A DNA stretch of 64,000 nt from a virus: positions 10,766-74,765 of IMG/VR virus record IMGVR_UViG_3300035150_000164. The stretch is one strand, 5' to 3'. The notes under the pieces were generated by a model. That model was not told the DNA's origin and searched no databases. It worked only from the letters and a program-made list of their open reading frames with translations. Of this stretch, positions 56,417-64,000 are shown in pieces (position 1 is the first letter of the stretch; each line of letters begins with the position of its first letter). The position numbers were made by a program, and so were the translations under genes.

Positions 56417-57226
56417 CTATTCATCGGAAGGAGCAGGATTCAGATAATCGTATCCGTACACGATATCATCCTGTTTGTCTTCTGACTCACTCGGAACCAT
56501 AGCTATGATCTTTACCCCTATATTTTTTTCGATTGACTTAAGGAGATCATCACGAGTCATTGTAGCAGTATTATTAGCCAAAAACTCTGTACAAATCAGA
56601 GTAATCAAATGGCCCTCTTTGTCAGACTGAGCTATTTCCTTTGCCTTTTCAAGGGCAGAGGTTACAGTTTCGTCCTGACTAGGAAATAGAGAAAACGAAC
56701 GCTTTCTGGCCCTCTCAGGAACCTCTCCACCTTCTCCGTCACCTTCCCCACCACCTTCTCCGTCACCTTCTCCACTCTCAAGTTTGTTTTTCTCTGCGTC
56801 AAGCATCTCTGCAATCTGTGCAACAGTTTTACCAGACACCCTGTTTTTCCACTCTGTTGCATTCGCATCATTAACTACATGCATCAACATCCGAGCTTTT
56901 GTCCAACCTATTGATCTAGCCCATTTCTGAACTTTAGGAGAAACCGTACCAAACCATTTTTGAAGTTTAACAAGATATTGAATAGTACGAATATCAAAAT
57001 CCAATTCTTCCTTAACATATGAGGTCCAAGAATCAAAACCCCAACTGCGATACAAATCACCTCGATAAACCTCTTCAAGATAGGTCCCAAACTCCCAATA
57101 GTTCTGCTCAGACTTGTCTCTGCATTCAAGGACTTTCTTCCTTACCTCCTCATACTCCATCGCCTCTCCTGCAACGATAACCTTGTCCTTTTTCTCTTCG
57201 GTAACCACAATCTTTTCTTCAGTCAT
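56417..57226 (-). CDS. Putative DNA-binding protein
   Basis: G.YL..V....LY...GF.SW..YV..EL pattern with HTH-like helices. Confidence 0.5.
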   Translation of the reverse strand: MTEEKIVVTEEKKDKVIVAGEAMEYEEVRKKVLECRDKSEQNYWEFGTYLEEVYRGDLYRSWGFDSWTSYVKEELDFDIRTIQYLVKLQKWFGTVSPKVQKWARSIGWTKARMLMHVVNDANATEWKNRVSGKTVAQIAEMLDAEKNKLESGEGDGEGGGEGDGEGGEVPERARKRSFSLFPSQDETVTSALEKAKEIAQSDKEGHLITLICTEFLANNTATMTRDDLLKSIEKNIGVKIIAMVPSESEDKQDDIVYGYDYLNPAPSDE

Positions 57227-57228
57227 TT

Positions 57229-57798
57229 CTATCCTCTTTTCATTGTTTCAAGCCCTGTCAACACCACTGCTAATGCCGACAAAGCATGTTTTTTGACCCC
57301 ATATAATGGGCCAGGTTGTTTTTTAATACCTACTGTTGGCCTTTTACCTCCTCCTGTAGGAGGAAATTTATTCCTTACAGCCGCATTTACCTCTGCATCA
57401 GTTACACCTCTCAATTTACCTGTACTAGGATCCTTATACGTCTTTTTTCCACATAAAAATATTTTCTCATCTCCACGAGATACTAACCAAACAGATCCCG
57501 TTCCACCATTTAATACACCTGCTCCCTCCCATGCCTCTCTAAATCTTCCAACCCATTGCATCGTTTTAAGCGTTGATTCACCTACCTTTAAACCCATTGA
57601 TTCAATAGTCTCAATGAACAATATAGATATATACAACTGAGTATTGTCAATCGGATTTACCATCCATCCATTTCTAAGAATATAAAGCAAAGGTTCATTT
57701 CTAAAAGAGTCAGCAGATGAAATTATCTTCTTATTTTCAACATCATAAATAACCATCCCACTTTTCTCAGGACCTGGATCTATACCTAAAACTATCAT
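57229..57798 (-). CDS. RuvC-like Holliday junction resolvase
   Basis: MIVLGIDPG..SG, FIE, H..SALAV. Confidence 0.75.
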   Translation of the reverse strand: MIVLGIDPGPEKSGMVIYDVENKKIISSADSFRNEPLLYILRNGWMVNPIDNTQLYISILFIETIESMGLKVGESTLKTMQWVGRFREAWEGAGVLNGGTGSVWLVSRGDEKIFLCGKKTYKDPSTGKLRGVTDAEVNAAVRNKFPPTGGGKRPTVGIKKQPGPLYGVKKHALSALAVVLTGLETMKRG

Positions 57799-57804
57799 AA
57801 ATAT

Positions 57805-58128
57805 TCATTTCCTATTCGTTACAAATCTATTTGTTCTAAACTGACCACTCTTTGTCCTAGCTTCTTCCATACATATTTCAGAACAAAAAACCAAAACTCT
57901 CTTCCTCCTAAAATCTGTACCTGTCAACCACCCTACCTCTTTAGCCACCTGATCCAACCTAAACAACTTTCCTACCCTATATATCAAACTTTCTATAGGC
58001 TTTCTCTTTAAACATGTCCAACACTGTAATGCCAATCCCTCTTTTTCCATCATCCTACGTGGTGCAGTAACTACATCAGTACCATCATCAGATGGTTTTT
58101 CACCTGTTTTCTGACTAGTTATCAACAT
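57805..58128 (-). CDS. Hypothetical protein
   Basis: CWTC...FCSEIC. Confidence 0.5.
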   Translation of the reverse strand: MLITSQKTGEKPSDDGTDVVTAPRRMMEKEGLALQCWTCLKRKPIESLIYRVGKLFRLDQVAKEVGWLTGTDFRRKRVLVFCSEICMEEARTKSGQFRTNRFVTNRK

Positions 58129-58159
58129 TATTTATAATAAACTCCATACACTTTGCATT

Positions 58160-59203
58160 TCATTTTTTACTCCTATATCCCTTTGGAAAACACTGATCTC
58201 GCATGGTGCAATATCTAGCTTGACCCTTGCTCTTCATCGGACAATCTTCACGCCTTTCAAAACGCTCGTCAACCCACTCAAACAAAGCACCGTCTTTCCA
58301 TTCGACACCATTTTTATTCATCCAATCCTTATGCTCGTCACAAATTCTTACCGCTTCAACACACTTTTTTGCAATATTCTTAAGTTTGTCTACTAATTGT
58401 GCATCATAAGATATTTCATGCTCTAAAATAGATGTACTCAAACTATTAGCACCTTTGAATAGATATCCTATCCTAGCAAAAGGAATAGATGCTGCCAACA
58501 TAGCCAAATTAACCTGTTCTATATGCTGAGATCTAGCAGACCCTCCCAACATAGGATCTAAATAATCCCGCTGTCCTTCCTTCTCCGTCTTAAGTTCAAA
58601 TATCTCTAGTTTTCCGTCTTTCCAGCATAAAATACCATCAAACTTTACTACAATTCTGTATTCTGGAATACGAACTTTTGCTTCTACATACCGCCAACCT
58701 GATCCATCTGGAACAGGACCCCAACCCCTTACAATATCTCTCTTCTCATCATCCATTTCTTTAGAAGCAAAACCCATCATTTGTAGTTCGTCTATATCTA
58801 AACTATATTTTGATTTGTCAAGCCTGAATATATTGTTACTTAAACACAAAGACAAGCGTTCCCAAGATCCTAAAAATTCACATCCAAATGATGGAAGAAT
58901 TTTTTTCTGAAACAAATCATGATATATATTTCCCTGATCAAAATTCCATAAAGTTTCTGCACTATGTTCTTCATTAGCAGGCTCATCGGACAGTGCCTGA
59001 AAAGCATACATCCTAGGACACCAGCTCTTTGTATTAGATGCATATAGCCAAAATTCTTTCCAAGTCTCATCCTGCTTCTTCAAAGTAGGAATATTTCCAA
59101 CCCGTAATCCCTTCCAATTTCTAAGAATTGCGTCTTTTAATTTTGTTGATATTTTTGGCTTATCTGGCGTCCTTTGCTGACGCACTACATCTCCCAACAT
59201 CAA
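58160..59203 (-). CDS. Cas4-like PD-(D/E)xK exonuclease
   Basis: CPR, G..YH, E...DG....ELKT, Q...M, C-terminal C...YC....C. Confidence 0.7.
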   Translation of the reverse strand: MMLGDVVRQQRTPDKPKISTKLKDAILRNWKGLRVGNIPTLKKQDETWKEFWLYASNTKSWCPRMYAFQALSDEPANEEHSAETLWNFDQGNIYHDLFQKKILPSFGCEFLGSWERLSLCLSNNIFRLDKSKYSLDIDELQMMGFASKEMDDEKRDIVRGWGPVPDGSGWRYVEAKVRIPEYRIVVKFDGILCWKDGKLEIFELKTEKEGQRDYLDPMLGGSARSQHIEQVNLAMLAASIPFARIGYLFKGANSLSTSILEHEISYDAQLVDKLKNIAKKCVEAVRICDEHKDWMNKNGVEWKDGALFEWVDERFERREDCPMKSKGQARYCTMRDQCFPKGYRSKK

Positions 59204-59228
59204 TCCTCCTTACAGCACCAACTTCGAA

Positions 59229-59257
59229 ACTATAATATTACAACCATTAATTGTCAA
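59229..59257 (-). promoter_or_regulatory. Sigma70-type promoter
   Basis: TTGACA-17-TATAGT. Confidence 0.75.
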
Positions 59258-59266
59258 CAAACATAG

Positions 59267-59674
59267 CTATTTTCTTAGAATACCACCAGTACGACCAGCC
59301 TGCTTATCAATTTCAATAATCCTAAATTTTATATGATGCATCTTGTCAGTATCTTTCACACCCTTATACATCACACCCATCTGTCCATACCAAACTTCAC
59401 CGTTAGGATATCCGTCTATCTCTGCTATCATACTATCTCTTCGGAATTCACCAACAGTACCAGGCCTAACCGATACAACCTGTGCCCTCGCAAACGGTAC
59501 GCTCTTTCCAGAAAGATCTAGAAATTTTGATGTAAAAATAATCTCCACACCTGGAACATGAGGACAAACATCACCGTACTTCCTGGTACACCCAGTTGCC
59601 CGTCCTTCCATAATCTGTTTTGTCTCAAATCTGTTCAAATCAAACATTTTCATCCTTTCATACAGCGAACTCAA
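59267..59674 (-). CDS. ASCH-like protein
   Basis: IMEG..T.C.R, FARA.V.SV, A..DGY. Confidence 0.55.
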   Translation of the reverse strand: MSSLYERMKMFDLNRFETKQIMEGRATGCTRKYGDVCPHVPGVEIIFTSKFLDLSGKSVPFARAQVVSVRPGTVGEFRRDSMIAEIDGYPNGEVWYGQMGVMYKGVKDTDKMHHIKFRIIEIDKQAGRTGGILRK

Positions 59675-59686
59675 GTTCGTTTCATG

Positions 59687-60070
59687 CTATTTTTCAATCT
59701 TTTTAATCTTCTCAAAAACACGCAAGGGTATTGCTATCCAATCCCTATCTACCCTCGGATCATCTTCTCCACCTTTTATTTCTATACAAAGTGCTGGCTC
59801 ACATTGAGCAGCCTGAGCTTCATCTGTGATCTTCCTCAACCAACTCCATTTTATCGATATACTCGCATGCTTAGTTTGCTTACACTCTACAAGAAATTCT
59901 ACCCCATCTGGTCCATGTACACCTCTAACATCCCCCTTTGAATAGTCGCTAGCCCCTGAACCCTTAACTCTCTTTCCTCCAGTTCTATATGCTATTCGAT
60001 TCTCCTGTGATATTGGAGAACTATCTGTATCCCCAAGATATCTTTTTGGTCTAATTATATTCATTTCCAC
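59687..60070 (-). CDS. Hjc-type PD-(D/E)xK resolvase
   Basis: E...GSGA....KGDV....FLVECKQT. Confidence 0.75.
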   Translation of the reverse strand: MEMNIIRPKRYLGDTDSSPISQENRIAYRTGGKRVKGSGASDYSKGDVRGVHGPDGVEFLVECKQTKHASISIKWSWLRKITDEAQAAQCEPALCIEIKGGEDDPRVDRDWIAIPLRVFEKIKKIEK

Positions 60071-60465
60071 ATTTCAATCAATTTACTTATTTTTTCGTCC
60101 AACCCATGAACAGCTTTTAACAGTACACCCATACTTTCCATCAATGCATCAGAACTCCCAAGTAACTCTGACACTCCGTCAAAAGTAGTCTCTGCCAAAT
60201 CCTTCTCATATTGATCTACCATTAATGCAACATTATCCCATGAATCAGACTTCTCAGCCTTTTCCCTAAGAATCTCCCATCTTCTACGACAAGCTGCCCC
60301 AGTTACGCAAATATCAGGCAATAAACGACCTGCAACAGCATCCCAAGCATTCAGCTCTTTGTAATTCTTATTTTGAGATTTGAAATGCTCAAATATAGGA
60401 GAGCAATCCCCTACAGACTTCTTTAGCAATTCATCGTCTTTTTCTGTCCAACTATGCATCTTCAT
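60061..60465 (-). CDS. Myb-like / RsfA-like DNA-binding protein
   Basis: WTEKDDELL...AWD.VA...TGAACRRRW plus a C-terminal coiled coil. Confidence 0.65.
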   Translation of the reverse strand: MKMHSWTEKDDELLKKSVGDCSPIFEHFKSQNKNYKELNAWDAVAGRLLPDICVTGAACRRRWEILREKAEKSDSWDNVALMVDQYEKDLAETTFDGVSELLGSSDALMESMGVLLKAVHGLDEKISKLIEMWK

Positions 60466-60733
60466 CGTTTTCTTCCTTCACAATAGAAATTATTTTACTA
60501 GCTCGTTTAAGTGCAAAATCCATTGCATCTGTGTTTGAACATTCCAATGGAAACGAGTGATTTTCTCTTTGAAAATTGCATAAACAATTTCCATTATAAT
60601 CAGCATCAAACTCCCTAAAATCGCATTCTATTTGCTTTGAAATACAAAAATAAAAAATAATAGATTTCTTACAATTTGATGGAGAAACTACTACAGCACA
60701 AGCTGTCTTCTCTTTTCTATTAACTCCTCTCAT
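60452..60733 (-). CDS. Hypothetical protein
   Basis: Co-oriented, overlapping ORF. Confidence 0.45.
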   Translation of the reverse strand: MRGVNRKEKTACAVVVSPSNCKKSIIFYFCISKQIECDFREFDADYNGNCLCNFQRENHSFPLECSNTDAMDFALKRASKIISIVKEENDEDA

Positions 60734-60980
60734 TTTTCAACCTATCAACAAAATCTTTCAAAATTTCAGTTATTTCATAAAGCCTATCTATATCAACAGC
60801 CCATCGCTCTGTAGAAAAAACCAAAAAATTTGATGTTCCATTGTTCTCTGTTTTTATTTTCAATTCATGTGTTGTTAAATCAGAACAACAATCTCCATTC
60901 TGAATATATGTAGCACTCATATCAAACAACTCTACATCTTCATCTTCTATCTTTTCTTTCGGATCAAATACTATCTTCAT
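60720..60980 (-). CDS. Hypothetical protein
   Basis: ATGA coupling to the RecA-like gene; STERWA. Confidence 0.55.
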   Translation of the reverse strand: MKIVFDPKEKIEDEDVELFDMSATYIQNGDCCSDLTTHELKIKTENNGTSNFLVFSTERWAVDIDRLYEITEILKDFVDRLKNERS

Positions 60981-62215
60981 TTCACTCCTAACATCTTATC
61001 TAAAATAATCTTACGCATAGTAGCATAAACATCAGGATCCTGAATCCGATCTATAGCATCACCCTTTTTCGTGTACTCTTCATCTCCTACAAACCATTTT
61101 TTCTTAGCTCCTTCTCCATCCGATCTAAACAATCCAAATTTCTCTGACATCGCTAAGAAATATTTCTGTTCATCTATTTTACCTTTTTCTTCTCCTGAAA
61201 CCAACATGGTATAACTACCACGCTGCATAGCAGGAGCTACTCTGCTTTTTTCTGTCTTGAAATTTATCCTTACTCTAGTTCCTATCTCAGACTGAAAAGC
61301 CTTTATCAGATCTTCATCCTGTGTCTCCTTCTCCCATTTTGATGCCCACATTTTTACCGTCAAACTACTAGCAAATACCTGCGCAAGCCCAGCTGGCATT
61401 ACCTTGTTATCTCCCCATGTTACTCCTATTTTCTCTCGTTCCTGATTAATCCAAATTTGAATAGGAAGTTTCCGGTAATATTGAGAAACATAATTCATCG
61501 CACTAGCAGCTTTTCTAACAAAAATACCCATCTTTCTAGCCATCAATCCTTGAGTAGCTTCATACGAACTTTTCTCCAATTCCTCTCTTGGTTCTAAAGC
61601 TGCAATAGAATCCAAAACCAACATATGAACAGCACCCGTTCTTAAAAAATCATCATAAATATCTATAGCCTGCTCTGCTGTATACGGCCTCATATACAAA
61701 AGCCGTCTAGGATCAACACCCAAACAACTAGCCCAACTAGGATCAAATACCTGCTCCACATCTACAAGAGCAGTCCTAAATTCCTCGTAAGAATTTTCCT
61801 CAAGAACTTTCAATCTAGACTTATAATCAGAAACTTTCTCATTCGGATATTGTATTGTCTTGAAAATACCTTCCTTAAAGCAATCACAATATCCTGTCGT
61901 TGAAATTACAACTTCCCCCTCTGCATCTACTTCTTCAACGAACTCAAGTTCACGTGCAGGACGAAAACAATTAGCACACAAATTCTGTGCATTGCCTATC
62001 ACTCTATATGCCGTAGCAGTTTTACCACCACTCTCCTCACCTCTCAATATTGTAATTCTTCCAGCAGGAATACCACCACCAAAAGCACGATCCATTGCAA
62101 GACTTCCTGTTGATACTCTAGGAATATCAGCAACAGTAGATGCCATGCTAATGCAAACATCACCATGCTCTTTTCTGATAGCACTCTTCAAAATATCAAG
62201 TTTCTTGTTTCGCAT
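60977..62215 (-). CDS. recA: RecA/UvsX-like recombinase
   Basis: STGSL.MD.A.GGGIP.GRI...G.ESGGKT, LVLDSIAAL, GLMAR, INQ.REKIGV.WG. Confidence 0.92.
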   Translation of the reverse strand: MRNKKLDILKSAIRKEHGDVCISMASTVADIPRVSTGSLAMDRAFGGGIPAGRITILRGEESGGKTATAYRVIGNAQNLCANCFRPARELEFVEEVDAEGEVVISTTGYCDCFKEGIFKTIQYPNEKVSDYKSRLKVLEENSYEEFRTALVDVEQVFDPSWASCLGVDPRRLLYMRPYTAEQAIDIYDDFLRTGAVHMLVLDSIAALEPREELEKSSYEATQGLMARKMGIFVRKAASAMNYVSQYYRKLPIQIWINQEREKIGVTWGDNKVMPAGLAQVFASSLTVKMWASKWEKETQDEDLIKAFQSEIGTRVRINFKTEKSRVAPAMQRGSYTMLVSGEEKGKIDEQKYFLAMSEKFGLFRSDGEGAKKKWFVGDEEYTKKGDAIDRIQDPDVYATMRKIILDKMLGVK

Positions 62216-62246
62216 ATTAACTGATAATCCTAATTACAATCGTATT

Positions 62247-62807
62247 TTATTCAGCATATTTGATTCTATTATGATGATAATCCAGCTTTGCAGCCATCTC
62301 ATCAGATAGTTGTTCAAATGCATCTAGCAAATCATCTTCATCTGAAATAGGTCTCTCCTCTATAATGTCAACTACATCACTTTCAAATTCATTCTTTCCG
62401 CTTTTCAATGTCAAGCCATAAAGAACTCCAATTGATCTACAAACACACTTAGATAAAATACCAATAGAATCGTCAGAAACAATCCCATCATAATCATTTT
62501 CAACAACAGCTGCTTCTTCTCTACTTAACATACTGTTAATGAAATTCTCTTCAGCATCCTGTACATCATCTTTTTCAATACCGTCTGGCAAATACACCTT
62601 TATCCACAACCTTATTCTGCAAAATTCAAAGCGACGTAATTCAATTGTCCTGCCAGCCTCAAATCCTATCATCCTCATTCCATTACATACTTCTTGATCT
62701 GCAAAATTTCCACTTCCTTCGTGACTGGACTCATATCCCTTCACTCTGCCCCTTTCCTTAACTTGTCTTGATTCTGTAATGTTACCCTCAACCTTCATCT
62801 TCTTCAT
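62247..62807 (-). CDS. Hypothetical protein with a duplicated internal motif
   Basis: G.TI.L..FEF and GLTL.....FES repeats; has its own promoter. Confidence 0.55.
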   Translation of the reverse strand: MKKMKVEGNITESRQVKERGRVKGYESSHEGSGNFADQEVCNGMRMIGFEAGRTIELRRFEFCRIRLWIKVYLPDGIEKDDVQDAEENFINSMLSREEAAVVENDYDGIVSDDSIGILSKCVCRSIGVLYGLTLKSGKNEFESDVVDIIEERPISDEDDLLDAFEQLSDEMAAKLDYHHNRIKYAE

Positions 62808-62840
62808 CTTTTTTCACCTAATCGACCTTTCAACATTTTA

Positions 62841-62869
62841 AACATACATTTATAAAAATGTTTTGTCAA
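62841..62869 (-). promoter_or_regulatory. Sigma70-type promoter
   Basis: TTGACA-17-TATGTT. Confidence 0.65.
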
Positions 62870-63459
62870 TTCTTATGTGCTTCAATACCAAGTTCTCTCC
62901 AACCATCAAGTATCTCGCCTCTCATTCCTCCACCATTTCTGACTATCCCCCTGGATTGAACAGCCATCTTTACTATCAATATCATCGCATCAGTATACAA
63001 CCTATCACCACGTTTAGACCACAACGGAGTTGGAGGTATCTCTCCTATCGTAGTCCAGTGATTAACAGTATGTATAGACCTACCTATCCTCTCTGCAAGC
63101 GTAGATATAGTATACGCATAAACAGATTTTCCATTAACCTCTAAAACAACTGGCTTTCTAGGACCTTTATGACGTTTAGAAACAAGTTTCCCTTCTGCAC
63201 GAAGCTTCTCTCTCTTTTCCCTAACCTTCTCTCTATATGACTTAGAACAAGATAATACCTTTTCCCTGTATTCTGGATCTTGTCTATATTTATCCTTACG
63301 CTTTCTAGACAATTCTTCTTTGCGACGTTCATAATAATGCTGTTGATATTCACGACGGTCCTTTGACGACAATCCACTCCGATCTTTTAATAACAACTGA
63401 CCACTATATTTCCTACATACATCTTGTCGTATCTTGCGATAACTAGCTAATTTATTCAT
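62866..63459 (-). CDS. MerR-like HTH protein
   Basis: YTISTLAERIGRSIHTVNHW...G.IPP.....RG.RLYT. Confidence 0.7.
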   Translation of the reverse strand: MNKLASYRKIRQDVCRKYSGQLLLKDRSGLSSKDRREYQQHYYERRKEELSRKRKDKYRQDPEYREKVLSCSKSYREKVREKREKLRAEGKLVSKRHKGPRKPVVLEVNGKSVYAYTISTLAERIGRSIHTVNHWTTIGEIPPTPLWSKRGDRLYTDAMILIVKMAVQSRGIVRNGGGMRGEILDGWRELGIEAHKN

Positions 63460-63522
63460 TTAATTTCTCCTAGATCCTAGTTTTGTGCAATAAATGTCTC
63501 ATTTACTTGTTAAACAAAAAGA

Positions 63523-64000
63523 TCACCTTTCAAGTCCGTTACCTCTATCAAGCGTACCTATACTTCTATAAAAACGCTTTCTCCTCTTCCACTTAGGCAT
63601 CAATTTTCCTATTTCATCAACTACATCCATTACAATAGGAATAGGCTTCTCCTTGCATTCTCCTGCTCGCCATGAACACAAACGCTCACATTTTTCTAGC
63701 TCTGGCGTACACCATCTTCTTACCCTACCAACTACCTGTTCTACATCACCCATTGGCAATGAAAGAACCAAAACATCCAAAGCTGGGATATCGAGGCCTT
63801 CCTCTGCGAGTTGCTTAGTGCAAAAAATAACATTAGCAGACTCAGCTTTCTTCAAATCATTCTTTGTTCTTTTAACGAGTTTAGGGCTTCCTTTCTTATG
63901 TGATTTTGTAGATTTCTCCCACACTTCACCAGAATACCATTCTCCTGTATAAAAATCTATTACAGGAACAAATGGAAGTTCCATATCAAAAAGCGACTCC
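63523..64000 (-). CDS. SF2 helicase C-terminal part (truncated by the window edge)
   Basis: Motif V EGLDIP.LD and motif VI Q.VGRV.R. Confidence 0.8.
   Translation of the reverse strand, partial: ESLFDMELPFVPVIDFYTGEWYSGEVWEKSTKSHKKGSPKLVKRTKNDLKKAESANVIFCTKQLAEEGLDIPALDVLVLSLPMGDVEQVVGRVRRWCTPELEKCERLCSWRAGECKEKPIPIVMDVVDEIGKLMPKWKRRKRFYRSIGTLDRGNGLER

Larger units (their letters stand above)
21..61952. repeat. Dispersed 14-16 bp palindrome RCGAACTYRAGTTCGY, 23 copies
   Basis: Perfect 14-bp cores start at 21, 8504, 18564, 19968, 22341, 23236, 30265, 32347, 33074, 33977, 38971, 43531, 44319, 46811, 47528, 51639, 54233, 54388, 59666. One-mismatch copies at 32526, 46122, 56402, 61939. Confidence 0.95.

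Noticed and set aside
58160-59203. CRISPR-Cas locus
   Set aside because: Solo Cas4-like nuclease in a recombination block, with no cas1/cas2 or array.
21-61952. Palindrome copies as a CRISPR array or terminators
   Set aside because: Copies are 14-16 bp, irregularly spaced over kilobases, and lack spacers and consistent U-tracts.
1-64000. Stop-codon reassignment
   Set aside because: Core genes are intact in the standard code, and TAA, TAG and TGA all end genes at sensible junctions.

Overview
This window is a 64 kb segment of a large, AT-rich, contractile-tailed dsDNA bacteriophage (myovirus). Almost all genes are on the minus strand; the exception is a small plus-strand island at about 1.3-2.6 kb. 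From the right end leftwards it holds five regions. (1) A recombination/replication block: partial SF2 helicase, RecA-like protein, Hjc- and RuvC-type resolvases, Cas4-like nuclease. (2) A long accessory region: FGE/CLec protein, tRNA-like RNAs, Sm-fold protein plus Arg/Ser-repeat peptides, pyrimidine-dimer glycosylase, Mom-like protein, dual-frame C5 methyltransferase, three orphan antitoxins, ASCH-like proteins. (3) A T4-like head module: terminase, portal, protease-scaffold, major capsid, neck. (4) Sheath and two tail tubes. (5) Lysis genes, probable internal head proteins, and a tail chaperone with a -1 frameshift. The two strongest unexplained signals are 23 dispersed copies of the palindrome RCGAACTYRAGTTCGY, and an operon in which tRNA-Leu-framed RNAs whose anticodon arm is replaced by different structured inserts precede an Sm-like gene coupled to three SR-like peptides. 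All family calls are by-eye motif recognition; no searches were run.
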